Assembly: GCA_977862235.1 (NCBI GenBank)
Contig: OZ374565.1
Location: forward strand, 2,542,001 to 2,606,000
Direction of reading: 5' to 3'
DNA: 64,000 bases
Source: Dudresnaya verticillata
Taxonomy: Eukaryota
In this document: positions 29,701-40,755 of the stretch, one piece after another
How the letters are laid out: each line of letters opens with the position of its first letter
How positions within the stretch are numbered: the stretch's first letter is position 1
Notes under the pieces: model-generated
What the model saw: only the letters and a program-made list of their open reading frames with translations
The model's database searches: none
Told to the model about the DNA's origin: nothing
Position numbers and translations under genes: made by a program

Positions 29701-31408
29701 GCGAGCGACAGATGTCTTCGACCGCCGGCAGAAGCTGCCCTCCTGGACCCCGCGCAACGGGTGGGGTTTGCGCAGTTGGTACCTCTCGAGTAGCAGGTAC
29801 CGGTGCAGGAGGCGGCTCCTGGCTGTCCGGGATTCGTCGCGGGGCTGGCAGGATATCGTCCGCTGGCTCGCCGTCCTCGGGTTGCGTCTCCGTGACCGCG
29901 TCCAGAGCAGGAGACTGTGATGGCGCGGCTACAGTTTCTTCACGGCTCGGTGTCGTCAATTGGTTGGACGGGACGTGGGAGAACGCCGGAGTGCGAGTAG
30001 CGGGACATGCGCTGCAATTCTTGTACCGCATACTGTACATGCCTTCACTGTTCATGCGGGAGCTACAGTGGGTGGGCATGTACTTGTTGTGAGTCACACA
30101 GTACCATACTCCATAGTCCAGGAGCTGCTGCTTGAGAGGCTCGATGTCGGTCCTCGTCGGTGGTCCTCGCCTGCCAGGAACATGCATCTTCCGCAGGTGC
30201 ATGAGTAGCGCTTCTACAGTAGGCAGTGAGGACGACTGGCAGCCCAGAGGACAGCTGGTACTGTTTGTCGGGCGGTGTTTTGCCGAAGGCATAAAGCATG
30301 GAGAGAGCCATACCTTCGGCATGTCGGGGTGCTGCTGACCAATCATGGTTACAGCGCTGGGTAAGGTACCTGTAAAGGTCCTCTACAGTAGGTTCCCACG
30401 GGGCACAGACCTCCTAACCGGGACGCAAGCCTGTCGTCCGTCGTCAGTCTGTTCGGGACACCTCCAGAGGGTGCTACAGGTGGCCTTGCTGCGAGATGAG
30501 GGCCTCTTCGCAGCGTAGGGCGCGAGATCGCGCACTTTGCGCACGAGCTCGCGCAAAAGGGCGCGCGTGTTAGCGTTCGTGCGCGCAGAGTTATCGGACG
30601 TTCCCTTCCCTGCCGCAGCTGAGAAGACTCTCTTCACTGCGGTCCTGTAACGCGCGGTACTTCTCGTTTGCACAAGCTCTCAATGGGGTCGCAGAACCAC
30701 CGTTTACCTGTGAGTGCCCACAGGATTTTTGGCCTCCCCCGAAGGTTCGCTGGCAGGACGTTCGCTCGATCTTAGAAGGGGTGGTTTCAAAACAGGATCC
30801 ACCAGGCTTAAGCCACGTTACCCCAACTTCGACGTTGCTTGGCACGTTTCTGCGATGAGCTTGTGGGTCACGAGCCGCCTACCACTCAAGGTCGAGGGTC
30901 TTTGGCGATTCCCACACTTGTAGGTCTCTCGGCACTTCCCGAAGGAAGATTTTACAGGACAAGCCTGGCCTTTACCAATCTGTCAGTTGAAGGGTGTGAA
31001 ACCCCTCTGTCGACAGTCCACGGCAGCCTAGACAGAGTCTAGGCTGTGCCGGGTACAAGCAAAACGCGTACAGGGCCAGGGAAAGAAAGATAAGTCAGTG
31101 GGGCCCGGGCAAATTTCAAGGTGAGGGATCACCTTAAAAGTAAGCGCAAAATAGGAAACGCGTGACCGTCGGCGACGACGGCGGCGGCGACGGCGGCGAC
31201 GACGACGGCGTCGCGGCGCAGATCGGCGGCGCGGAAAGAGACAAAAGTAGACCGCGCTCGCCCGCCCGCGAAGGTGAAGGGCTGAAAAACCCCGCACCGA
31301 CGCGCCGTCGCGCGCTCGAACAGGCGGCACCGCCGCCGAAAAGATCGGTGCAGAACTTGCTGAGAAATCTCCGAAACAAAAAATTCGGCAGATCGCGAGG
31401 GGTTCTCC
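26757..31408 (-). mobile_element. Retrotransposon copy 6 (full length)
   Basis: Precise 3' junction, intact ORF. Confidence 0.95.
26858..30346 (-). CDS. RT-RLE retrotransposon protein, 1162 aa (copy 6)
   Basis: Same motifs; private LDLKKID variant. Confidence 0.95.
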   Translation of the reverse strand: MIGQQHPDMPKVWLSPCFMPSAKHRPTNSTSCPLGCQSSSLPTVEALLMHLRKMHVPGRRGPPTRTDIEPLKQQLLDYGVWYCVTHNKYMPTHCSSRMNSEGMYSMRYKNCSACPATRTPAFSHVPSNQLTTPSREETVAAPSQSPALDAVTETQPEDGEPADDILPAPRRIPDSQEPPPAPVPATREVPTAQTPPVARGPGGQLLPAVEDICRSHIPMVTHIPSRVRAEVRDALSKTVWAFTNATNSQEATKELTAFLLFPAAVLSNPPAASARASASTSASSIGTFRDRIRRWGLKDYDALWQEALKGSTFREQTAPSAEEQRRINASRALRLAKEGAYSKAAAALDSDGIAPATDSVIQSMKDKHPQSVPQTDADHELDQSEPLPTMPDFVPFTADEVRKAVAKFPRASASGGTGLSPTHLQELLSVPTTHEHTGLLGGLTKMVNVLASGAGPAELSPWIASAPLTALKKRTGGVRPIAVGETIRRLVSSMLMTRVAPKAKAYLEPLQLGVATSGGTEAIVHAVRKLQKSHGHDKSYGLLQVDLKNAFNLVSRKAFMKEVRRHMPELLPWVRYCYDSEGPHLWMGDTLLRSVTGVQQGDPLGPLLFALVLQALIKQLKELTADLRRSGRNQQAEGANNLLLSLFYLDDGVIVAKHAVLRKVLSFFDSEEAKGYGFHLRMDKCTVWWPTAPDPEDCAAYPSDLGQSYGEGTTVLQAPIGTQNYMEESVNGHVESIQPLLDAISGLEDLHVAITLLRNCAGVCRLNYLLRVVPSSATAKGAELFDQKIEACMRKLVGGVLPRDTFRELQLPLRTKEPSFGIGISGAGDMNSSAFLASLSLTRNLLRSILPASVNTALSDDPFAVEAHEDWSAKCHSEDALDLKKIDSDECPRQRDLTRLVLKKVQAELPLGDRRTQAFRASLGVPGAKDWLKCQPAPGMKTYIADRDYRVWLRFYCRIPLLEPDTECPRAGCKKMMDVHGDHLLICPNGMRNSGSPRSWRHDSQVRLLASDLKRATRTPIVEPRPVGAHLDRPDIKALGTEGGTDYLDVTISHPLSSEQRILSCITNPQGTLKNAHADKVRTYRGFIQAAGPGARLVPVPMTTLGGWHPEAHKYMQELADTVASRAMVTRGVSRAALFHRHAARLVQNNVKCLMEGIQQEV

Positions 31409-31440
31409 GGGTACTGAGGTGAGGACTGAGGTCAGGTGAG

Positions 31441-34400
31441 TTCAACTTTATAACAGGTGACCATATTCTAATATTTGTCGACGTACAATCTACTGTAGTA
31501 TCACAACAAAGTTAAACCCCAACTCAAAACAACCTGCACATCTACACCTCCTGTTGGATCCCTTCCATCAGGCACTTGACGTTGTTCTGCACCAGTCGCG
31601 CCGCGTGCCTGTGGAACAGAGCCGCTCGCGAAACACCGCGAGTTACCATGGCCCGAGAAGCCACGGTATCCGCCAACTCTTGCATATACTTGTGCGCCTC
31701 CGGGTGCCAGCCACCTAGTGTGGTCATCGGCACCGGCACAAGCCTTGCCCCCGGTCCGGCAGCCTGGATGAAGCCACGGTAAGTCCGCACCTTGTCAGCG
31801 TGGGCGTTCTTCAGCGTCCCTTGCGGGTTTGTTATGCAGCTGAGAATGCGTTGTTCTGACGACAGTGGATGACTGATTGTGACGTCCAGGTAGTCCGTTC
31901 CTCCTTCTGTTCCAAGCGCCTTGATGTCCGGCCGATCCAAGTGAGCCCCCACAGGGCGGGGCTCCACAATCGGGGTGCGTGTCGCACGTTTCAGATCCGA
32001 AGCCAGCAGACGAACCTGAGAGTCGTGGCGCCACGACCGAGGAGATCCGCTGTTCCGCATGCCGTTCGGACAAATCAGCAGATGGTCGCCGTGAACATCC
32101 ATCATCTTCTTGCACCCGGCCCGAGGACACTCCGTGTCGGGTTCCAGCAGTGGAATCCGACAGTAGAATCGAAGCCATACGCGGTAGTCCCGATCCGCAA
32201 TGTACGTCTTCATGCCTGGTGCCGGCTGGCACTTGAGCCAGTCCTTGGCGCCCGGCACGCCAAGGGAAGCTCGGAAAGCTTGCGTCCGCCTGTCCCCGAG
32301 CGGCAGCTCGGCTTGCACTTTCTTCAGAACCAACCGCGTCAAGTCCCGCTGGCGCGGGCACTCGTCGCTGTCGATCTTCTCCAGGTCCAGGGCATCCTCA
32401 CTATGGCACTTGGCGCTCCAGTCTTCGTGCGCTTCTACTGCAAAAGGATCGTCAGAAAGAGCAGTGTTCACAGAAGCGGGTAAGATAGAACGCAGTAAGT
32501 TGCGGGTCAGTGAAAGGGACGCCAAAAACGCGCTCGAGTTCATGTCGCCAGCTCCCGAAATACCGATTCCGAAGCTGGGCTCTTTCGTGCGCAGGGGAAG
32601 CTGAAGTTCGCGGAAGGTGTCCCTCGGTAGGACTCCTCCCACGAGCTTGCGCATGCAAGCCTCAATCTTCTGGTCGAAGAGCTCGGCGCCCTTTGCCGTG
32701 GCGGATGATGGAACTACTCGCAGCAGGTAGTTCAGCCGGCAGACTCCGGCACAGTTGCGGAGTAGAGTGATGGCCACGTGTAGGTCTTCTAGTCCCGAAA
32801 TTGCGTCCAGCAGGGGCTGGATGGACTCGACATGGCCATTCACGCTCTCCTCCATGTAGTTCTGCGTTCCAATCGGAGCCTGAAGTACTGTAGTGCCTTC
32901 TCCGTAGCTCTGCCCAAGATCCGACGGGTAGGCAGCGCAGTCTTCTGGGTCGGGTGCAGTAGGCCACCAAACAGTACACTTGTCCATGCGCAGGTGGAAG
33001 CCATAGCCCTTAGCTTCCTCGGAGTCAAAGAAGGACAGAACCTTCCTGAGTACGGCGTGTTTCGCCACGATGACGCCGTCGTCCAGGTAGAACAGTGACA
33101 GCAGCAAGTTGTTCGCCCCCTCCGCTTGCTGATTGCGGCCCGAGCGCCGCAGGTCGGCGGTGAGTTCCTTCAACTGTTTGATCAGTGCCTGCAGCACCAA
33201 AGCAAACAGTAACGGCCCGAGCGGGTCACCTTGCTGTACACCAGTGACACTCCGCAGTAGAGTGTCACCCATCCACAGGTGCGGGCCCTCAGAGTCATAA
33301 CAGTATCTGACCCACGGTAGTAGTTCAGGCATATGTCGGCGGACCTCCTTCATGAATGCTTTGCGGCTGACAAGGTTGAAGGCATTCTTCAAGTCCACTT
33401 GTAGCAACCCGTAGGACTTGTCATGGCCGTGAGACTTCTGCAGCTTCCGGACCGCGTGTACAATGGCTTCTGTGCCGCCCGAGGTTGCGACCCCGAGCTG
33501 AAGCGGTTCGAGGTATGCCTTGGCCTTGGGAGCGACTCTGGTCATGAGCATAGAGCTCACGAGTCGTCGGATTGTCTCTCCTACAGCAATGGGGCGGACA
33601 CCGCCGGTGCGCTTCTTCAGAGCCGTGAGAGGAGCGCTGGCAATCCAAGGCGACAGCTCCGCAGGTCCTGCGCCGCTGGCCAGCACGTTGACCATTTTGG
33701 TGAGCCCGCCAAGCAGGCCCGTGTGCTCGTGAGTGGTCGGGACTGAGAGCAGTTCCTGCAGATGCGTCGGTGATAGTCCTGTTCCCCCCGAGGCCGAAGC
33801 CCGGGGGAACTTGGCCACTGCTTTTCGTACTTCGTCGGCTGTGAAAGGCACGAAGTCAGGCATGGTCGGCAGCGGTTCGGACTGGTCAAGCTCGTGGTCC
33901 GCGTCGGTTTGCGGTACGGACTGCGGGTGCTTGTCCTTCATGGACTGTATCACAGAGTCTGTGGCTGGGGCGATTCCATCAGAGTCTAGAGCTGCTGCTG
34001 CCTTACTGTAGGCGCCCTCCTTTGCAAGGCGAAGGGCTCGTGAGGCATTGATACGGCGTTGCTCTTCTGCGGAAGGCGCAGTCTGCTCACGGAATGTCGA
34101 GCCCTTCAAGGCCTCCTGCCATAGGGCGTCGTAATCCTTGAGTCCCCAGCGTCGGATTCGATCGCGGAAGGTGCCGATCGAGGACGCAGAGGTTGACGCG
34201 CTGGCCCTTGCACTCGCCGCGGGAGGATTGGACAAGACGGCTGCTGGAAAAAGCAGGAATGCAGTGAGCTCTTTGGTGGCTTCCTGAGAGTTGGTTGCGT
34301 TCGTAAAAGCCCATACCGTCTTGGACAGTGCGTCGCGCACCTCGGCGCGGACGCGAGACGGTATATGTGTGACCATAGGGATATGCGAGCGACAGATGTC

Positions 34401-36080
34401 TTCGACCGCCGGCAGAAGCTGCCCTCCTGGACCCCGCGCAACGGGTGGGGTTTGCGCAGTTGGTACCTCTCGAGTAGCAGGTACCGGTGCAGGAGGCGGC
34501 TCCTGGCTGTCCGGGATTCGTCGCGGGGCTGGCAGGATATCGTCCGCTGGCTCGCCGTCCTCGGGTTGCGTCTCCGTGACCGCGTCCAGAGCAGGAGACT
34601 GTGATGGCGCGGCTACAGTTTCTTCACGGCTCGGTGTCGTCAATTGGTTGGACGGGACGTGGGAGAACGCCGGAGTGCGAGTAGCGGGACATGCGCTGCA
34701 ATTCTTGTACCGCATACTGTACATGCCTTCACTGTTCATGCGGGAGCTACAGTGGGTGGGCATGTACTTGTTGTGAGTCACACAGTACCATACTCCATAG
34801 TCCAGGAGCTGCTGCTTGAGAGGCTCGATGTCGGTCCTCGTCGGTGGTCCTCGCCTGCCAGGAACATGCATCTTCCGCAGGTGCATGAGTAGCGCTTCTA
34901 CAGTAGGCAGTGAGGACGACTGGCAGCCCAGAGGACAGCTGGTACTGTTTGTCGGGCGGTGTTTTGCCGAAGGCATAAAGCATGGAGAGAGCCATACCTT
35001 CGGCATGTCGGGGTGCTGCTGACCAATCATGGTTACAGCGCTGGGTAAGGTACCTGTAAAGGTCCTCTACAGTAGGTTCCCACGGGGCACAGACCTCCTA
35101 ACCGGGACGCAAGCCTGTCGTCCGTCGTCAGTCTGTTCGGGACACCTCCAGAGGGTGCTACAGGTGGCCTTGCTGCGAGATGAGGGCCTCTTCGCAGCGT
35201 AGGGCGCGAGATCGCGCACTTTGCGCACGAGCTCGCGCAAAAGGGCGCGCGTGTTAGCGTTCGTGCGCGCAGAGTTATCGGACGTTCCCTTCCCTGCCGC
35301 AGCTGAGAAGACTCTCTTCACTGCGGTCCTGTAACGCGCGGTACTTCTCGTTTGCACAAGCTCTCAATGGGGTCGCAGAACCACCGTTTACCTGTGAGTG
35401 CCCACAGGATTTTTGGCCTCCCCCGAAGGTTCGCTGGCAGGACGTTCGCTCGATCTTAGAAGGGGTGGTTTCAAAACAGGATCCACCAGGCTTAAGCCAC
35501 GTTACCCCAACTTCGACGTTGCTTGGCACGTTTCTGCGATGAGCTTGTGGGTCACGAGCCGCCTACCACTCAAGGTCGAGGGTCTTTGGCGATTCCCACA
35601 CTTGTAGGTCTCTCGGCACTTCCCGAAGGAAGATTTTACAGGACAAGCCTGGCCTTTACCAATCTGTCAGTTGAAGGGTGTGAAACCCCTCTGTCGACAG
35701 TCCACGGCAGCCTAGACAGAGTCTAGGCTGTGCCGGGTACAAGCAAAACGCGTACAGGGCCAGGGAAAGAAAGATAAGTCAGTGGGGCCCGGGCAAATTT
35801 CAAGGTGAGGGATCACCTTAAAAGTAAGCGCAAAATAGGAAACGCGTGACCGTCGGCGACGACGGCGGCGGCGACGGCGGCGACGACGACGGCGTCGCGG
35901 CGCAGATCGGCGGCGCGGAAAGAGACAAAAGTAGACCGCGCTCGCCCGCCCGCGAAGGTGAAGGGCTGAAAAACCCCGCACCGACGCGCCGTCGCGCGCT
36001 CGAACAGGCGGCACCGCCGCCGAAAAGATCGGTGCAGAACTTGTTGAGATATCCGCGAAACAAAAATTTCGGCAGATCGC
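31441..36080 (-). mobile_element. Retrotransposon copy 7 (full length)
   Basis: Precise 3' junction, intact ORF. Confidence 0.95.
31542..35030 (-). CDS. RT-RLE retrotransposon protein, 1162 aa (copy 7)
   Basis: Same motifs as copy 1. Confidence 0.95.
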   Translation of the reverse strand: MIGQQHPDMPKVWLSPCFMPSAKHRPTNSTSCPLGCQSSSLPTVEALLMHLRKMHVPGRRGPPTRTDIEPLKQQLLDYGVWYCVTHNKYMPTHCSSRMNSEGMYSMRYKNCSACPATRTPAFSHVPSNQLTTPSREETVAAPSQSPALDAVTETQPEDGEPADDILPAPRRIPDSQEPPPAPVPATREVPTAQTPPVARGPGGQLLPAVEDICRSHIPMVTHIPSRVRAEVRDALSKTVWAFTNATNSQEATKELTAFLLFPAAVLSNPPAASARASASTSASSIGTFRDRIRRWGLKDYDALWQEALKGSTFREQTAPSAEEQRRINASRALRLAKEGAYSKAAAALDSDGIAPATDSVIQSMKDKHPQSVPQTDADHELDQSEPLPTMPDFVPFTADEVRKAVAKFPRASASGGTGLSPTHLQELLSVPTTHEHTGLLGGLTKMVNVLASGAGPAELSPWIASAPLTALKKRTGGVRPIAVGETIRRLVSSMLMTRVAPKAKAYLEPLQLGVATSGGTEAIVHAVRKLQKSHGHDKSYGLLQVDLKNAFNLVSRKAFMKEVRRHMPELLPWVRYCYDSEGPHLWMGDTLLRSVTGVQQGDPLGPLLFALVLQALIKQLKELTADLRRSGRNQQAEGANNLLLSLFYLDDGVIVAKHAVLRKVLSFFDSEEAKGYGFHLRMDKCTVWWPTAPDPEDCAAYPSDLGQSYGEGTTVLQAPIGTQNYMEESVNGHVESIQPLLDAISGLEDLHVAITLLRNCAGVCRLNYLLRVVPSSATAKGAELFDQKIEACMRKLVGGVLPRDTFRELQLPLRTKEPSFGIGISGAGDMNSSAFLASLSLTRNLLRSILPASVNTALSDDPFAVEAHEDWSAKCHSEDALDLEKIDSDECPRQRDLTRLVLKKVQAELPLGDRRTQAFRASLGVPGAKDWLKCQPAPGMKTYIADRDYRVWLRFYCRIPLLEPDTECPRAGCKKMMDVHGDHLLICPNGMRNSGSPRSWRHDSQVRLLASDLKRATRTPIVEPRPVGAHLDRPDIKALGTEGGTDYLDVTISHPLSSEQRILSCITNPQGTLKNAHADKVRTYRGFIQAAGPGARLVPVPMTTLGGWHPEAHKYMQELADTVASRAMVTRGVSRAALFHRHAARLVQNNVKCLMEGIQQEV

Positions 36081-36096
36081 TGAGTACTGAGGTGAG

Positions 36097-39000
36097 TTCA
36101 ACTTTATAACAGGTGACCATATTCTAATATTTGTCGACGTACAATCTACTGTAGTATCACAACAAAGTTAAACCCCAACTCAAAACAACCTGCACATCTA
36201 CACCTCCTGTTGGATCCCTTCCATCAGGCACTTGACGTTGTTCTGCACCAGTCGCGCCGCGTGCCTGTGGAACAGAGCCGCTCGCGAAACACCGCGAGTT
36301 ACCATGGCCCGAGAAGCCACGGTATCCGCCAACTCTTGCATATACTTGTGCGCCTCCGGGTGCCAGCCACCTAGTGTGGTCATCGGCACCGGCACAAGCC
36401 TTGCCCCCGGTCCGGCAGCCTGGATGAAGCCACGGTAAGTCCGCACCTTGTCAGCGTGGGCGTTCTTCAGCGTCCCTTGCGGGTTTGTTATGCAGCTGAG
36501 AATGCGTTGTTCTGACGACAGTGGATGACTGATTGTGACGTCCAGGTAGTCCGTTCCTCCTTCTGTTCCAAGCGCCTTGATGTCCGGCCGATCCAAGTGA
36601 GCCCCCACCGGGCGGGGCTCCACAATCGGGGTGCGTGTCGCACGTTTCAGATCCGAAGCCAGCAGACGAACCTGAGAGTCGTGGCGCCACGACCGAGGAG
36701 ATCCGCTGTTCCGCATGCCGTTCGGACAAATCAGCAGATGGTCGCCGTGAACATCCATCATCTTCTTGCACCCGGCCCGAGGACACTCCGTGTCGGGTTC
36801 CAGCAGTGGAATCCGACAGTAGAATCGAAGCCATACGCGGTAGTCCCGATCCGCAATGTACGTCTTCATGCCTGGTGCCGGCTGGCACTTGAGCCAGTCC
36901 TTGGCGCCCGGCACGCCAAGGGAAGCTCGGAAAGCTTGCGTCCGCCTGTCCCCGAGCGGCAGCTCGGCTTGCACTTTCTTCAGAACCAACCGCGTCAAGT
37001 CCCGCTGGCGCGGGCACTCGTCGCTGTCGATCTTCTCCAGGTCCAGGGCATCCTCACTATGGCACTTGGCGCTCCAGTCTTCGTGCGCTTCTACTGCAAA
37101 AGGATCGTCAGAAAGAGCAGTGTTCACAGAAGCGGGTAAGATAGAACGCAGTAAGTTGCGGGTCAGTGAAAGGGACGCCAAAAACGCGCTCGAGTTCATG
37201 TCGCCAGCTCCCGAAATACCGATTCCGAAGCTGGGCTCTTTCGTGCGCAGGGGAAGCTGAAGTTCGCGGAAGGTGTCCCTCGGTAGGACTCCTCCCACGA
37301 GCTTGCGCATGCAAGCCTCAATCTTCTGGTCGAAGAGCTCGGCGCCCTTTGCCGTGGCGGATGATGGAACTACTCGCAGCAGGTAGTTCAGCCGGCAGAC
37401 TCCGGCACAGTTGCGGAGTAGAGTGATGGCCACGTGTAGGTCTTCTAGTCCCGAAATTGCGTCCAGCAGGGGCTGGATGGACTCGACATGGCCATTCACG
37501 CTCTCCTCCATGTAGTTCTGCGTTCCAATCGGAGCCTGAAGTACTGTAGTGCCTTCTCCGTAGCTCTGCCCAAGATCCGACGGGTAGGCAGCGCAGTCTT
37601 CTGGGTCGGGTGCAGTAGGCCACCAAACAGTACACTTGTCCATGCGCAGGTGGAAGCCATAGCCCTTAGCTTCCTCGGAGTCAAAGAAGGACAGAACCTT
37701 CCTGAGTACGGCGTGTTTCGCCACGATGACGCCGTCGTCCAGGTAGAACAGTGACAGCAGCAAGTTGTTCGCCCCCTCCGCTTGCTGATTGCGGCCCGAG
37801 CGCCGCAGGTCGGCGGTGAGTTCCTTCAACTGTTTGATCAGTGCCTGCAGCACCAAAGCAAACAGTAACGGCCCGAGCGGGTCACCTTGCTGTACACCAG
37901 TGACACTCCGCAGTAGAGTGTCACCCATCCACAGGTGCGGGCCCTCAGAGTCATAACAGTATCTGACCCACGGTAGTAGTTCAGGCATATGTCGGCGGAC
38001 CTCCTTCATGAATGCTTTGCGGCTGACAAGGTTGAAGGCATTCTTCAAGTCCACTTGTAGCAACCCGTAGGACTTGTCATGGCCGTGAGACTTCTGCAGC
38101 TTCCGGACCGCGTGTACAATGGCTTCTGTGCCGCCCGAGGTTGCGACCCCGAGCTGAAGCGGTTCGAGGTATGCCTTGGCCTTGGGAGCGACTCTGGTCA
38201 TGAGCATAGAGCTCACGAGTCGTCGGATTGTCTCTCCTACAGCAATGGGGCGGACACCGCCGGTGCGCTTCTTCAGAGCCGTGAGAGGAGCGCTGGCAAT
38301 CCAAGGCGACAGCTCCGCAGGTCCTGCGCCGCTGGCCAGCACGTTGACCATTTTGGTGAGCCCGCCAAGCAGGCCCGTGTGCTCGTGAGTGGTCGGGACT
38401 GAGAGCAGTTCCTGCAGATGCGTCGGTGATAGTCCTGTTCCCCCCGAGGCCGAAGCCCGGGGGAACTTGGCCACTGCTTTTCGTACTTCGTCGGCTGTGA
38501 AAGGCACGAAGTCAGGCATGGTCGGCAGCGGTTCGGACTGGTCAAGCTCGTGGTCCGCGTCGGTTTGCGGTACGGACTGCGGGTGCTTGTCCTTCATGGA
38601 CTGTATCACAGAGTCTGTGGCTGGGGCGATTCCATCAGAGTCTAGAGCTGCTGCTGCCTTACTGTAGGCGCCCTCCTTTGCAAGGCGAAGGGCTCGTGAG
38701 GCATTGATACGGCGTTGCTCTTCTGCGGAAGGCGCAGTCTGCTCACGGAATGTCGAGCCCTTCAAGGCCTCCTGCCATAGGGCGTCGTAATCCTTGAGTC
38801 CCCAGCGTCGGATTCGATCGCGGAAGGTGCCGATCGAGGACGCAGAGGTTGACGCGCTGGCCCTTGCACTCGCCGCGGGAGGATTGGACAAGACGGCTGC
38901 TGGAAAAAGCAGGAATGCAGTGAGCTCTTTGGTGGCTTCCTGAGAGTTGGTTGCGTTCGTAAAAGCCCATACCGTCTTGGACAGTGCGTCGCGCACCTCG

Positions 39001-40735
39001 GCGCGGACGCGAGACGGTATATGTGTGACCATAGGGATATGCGAGCGACAGATGTCTTCGACCGCCGGCAGAAGCTGCCCTCCTGGACCCCGCGCAACGG
39101 GTGGGGTTTGCGCAGTTGGTACCTCTCGAGTAGCAGGTACCGGTGCAGGAGGCGGCTCCTGGCTGTCCGGGATTCGTCGCGGGGCTGGCAGGATATCGTC
39201 CGCTGGCTCGCCGTCCTCGGGTTGCGTCTCCGTGACCGCGTCCAGAGCAGGAGACTGTGATGGCGCGGCTACAGTTTCTTCACGGCTCGGTGTCGTCAAT
39301 TGGTTGGACGGGACGTGGGAGAACGCCGGAGTGCGAGTAGCGGGACATGCGCTGCAATTCTTGTACCGCATACTGTACATGCCTTCACTGTTCATGCGGG
39401 AGCTACAGTGGGTGGGCATGTACTTGTTGTGAGTCACACAGTACCATACTCCATAGTCCAGGAGCTGCTGCTTGAGAGGCTCGATGTCGGTCCTCGTCGG
39501 TGGTCCTCGCCTGCCAGGAACATGCATCTTCCGCAGGTGCATGAGTAGCGCTTCTACAGTAGGCAGTGAGGACGACTGGCAGCCCAGAGGACAGCTGGTA
39601 CTGTTTGTCGGGCGGTGTTTTGCCGAAGGCATAAAGCATGGAGAGAGCCATACCTTCGGCATGTCGGGGTGCTGCTGACCAATCATGGTTACAGCGCTGG
39701 GTAAGGTACCTGTAAAGGTCCTCTACAGTAGGTTCCCACGGGGCACAGACCTCCTAACCGGGACGCAAGCCTGTCGTCCGTCGTCAGTCTGTTCGGGACA
39801 CCTCCAGAGGGTGCTACAGGTGGCCTTGCTGCGAGATGAGGGCCTCTTCGCAGCGTAGGGCGCGAGATCGCGCACTTTGCGCACGAGCTCGCGCAAAAGG
39901 GCGCGCGTGTTAGCGTTCGTGCGCGCAGAGTTATCGGACGTTCCCTTCCCTGCCGCAGCTGAGAAGACTCTCTTCACTGCGGTCCTGTAACGCGCGGTAC
40001 TTCTCGTTTGCACAAGCTCTCAATGGGGTCGCAGAACCACCGTTTACCTGTGAGTGCCCACAGGATTTTTGGCCTCCCCCGAAGGTTCGCTGGCAGGACG
40101 TTCGCTCGATCTTAGAAGGGGTGGTTTCAAAACAGGATCCACCAGGCTTAAGCCACGTTACCCCAACTTCGACGTTGCTTGGCACGTTTCTGCGATGAGC
40201 TTGTGGGTCACGAGCCGCCTACCACTCAAGGTCGAGGGTCTTTGGCGATTCCCACACTTGTAGGTCTCTCGGCACTTCCCGAAGGAAGATTTTACAGGAC
40301 AAGCCTGGCCTTTACCAATCTGTCAGTTGAAGGGTGTGAAACCCCTCTGTCGACAGTCCACGGCAGCCTAGACAGAGTCTAGGCTGTGCCGGGTACAAGC
40401 AAAACGCGTACAGGGCCAGGGAAAGAAAGATAAGTCAGTGGGGCCCGGGCAAATTTCAAGGTGAGGGATCACCTTAAAAGTAAGCGCAAAATAGGAAACG
40501 CGTGACCGTCGGCGACGACGGCGGCGGCGACGGCGGCGACGACGACGGCGTCGCGGCGCAGATCGGCGGCGCGGAAAGAGACAAAAGTAGACCGCGCTCG
40601 CCCGCCCGCGAAGGTGAAGGGCTGAAAAACCCCGCACCGACGCGCCGTCGCGCGCTCGAACAGGCGGCACCGCCGCCGAAAAGATCGGTGCAGAACTTGC
40701 TGAGAAATCTCCGAAACAAAAAATTCGGCAGATCG
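36097..40735 (-). mobile_element. Retrotransposon copy 8 (full length)
   Basis: Precise 3' junction, intact ORF. Confidence 0.95.
36198..39686 (-). CDS. RT-RLE retrotransposon protein, 1162 aa (copy 8)
   Basis: Same motifs as copy 1. Confidence 0.95.
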   Translation of the reverse strand: MIGQQHPDMPKVWLSPCFMPSAKHRPTNSTSCPLGCQSSSLPTVEALLMHLRKMHVPGRRGPPTRTDIEPLKQQLLDYGVWYCVTHNKYMPTHCSSRMNSEGMYSMRYKNCSACPATRTPAFSHVPSNQLTTPSREETVAAPSQSPALDAVTETQPEDGEPADDILPAPRRIPDSQEPPPAPVPATREVPTAQTPPVARGPGGQLLPAVEDICRSHIPMVTHIPSRVRAEVRDALSKTVWAFTNATNSQEATKELTAFLLFPAAVLSNPPAASARASASTSASSIGTFRDRIRRWGLKDYDALWQEALKGSTFREQTAPSAEEQRRINASRALRLAKEGAYSKAAAALDSDGIAPATDSVIQSMKDKHPQSVPQTDADHELDQSEPLPTMPDFVPFTADEVRKAVAKFPRASASGGTGLSPTHLQELLSVPTTHEHTGLLGGLTKMVNVLASGAGPAELSPWIASAPLTALKKRTGGVRPIAVGETIRRLVSSMLMTRVAPKAKAYLEPLQLGVATSGGTEAIVHAVRKLQKSHGHDKSYGLLQVDLKNAFNLVSRKAFMKEVRRHMPELLPWVRYCYDSEGPHLWMGDTLLRSVTGVQQGDPLGPLLFALVLQALIKQLKELTADLRRSGRNQQAEGANNLLLSLFYLDDGVIVAKHAVLRKVLSFFDSEEAKGYGFHLRMDKCTVWWPTAPDPEDCAAYPSDLGQSYGEGTTVLQAPIGTQNYMEESVNGHVESIQPLLDAISGLEDLHVAITLLRNCAGVCRLNYLLRVVPSSATAKGAELFDQKIEACMRKLVGGVLPRDTFRELQLPLRTKEPSFGIGISGAGDMNSSAFLASLSLTRNLLRSILPASVNTALSDDPFAVEAHEDWSAKCHSEDALDLEKIDSDECPRQRDLTRLVLKKVQAELPLGDRRTQAFRASLGVPGAKDWLKCQPAPGMKTYIADRDYRVWLRFYCRIPLLEPDTECPRAGCKKMMDVHGDHLLICPNGMRNSGSPRSWRHDSQVRLLASDLKRATRTPIVEPRPVGAHLDRPDIKALGTEGGTDYLDVTISHPLSSEQRILSCITNPQGTLKNAHADKVRTYRGFIQAAGPGARLVPVPMTTLGGWHPEAHKYMQELADTVASRAMVTRGVSRAALFHRHAARLVQNNVKCLMEGIQQEV

Positions 40736-40755
40736 GTACTGAGTACTGAGGTGAG

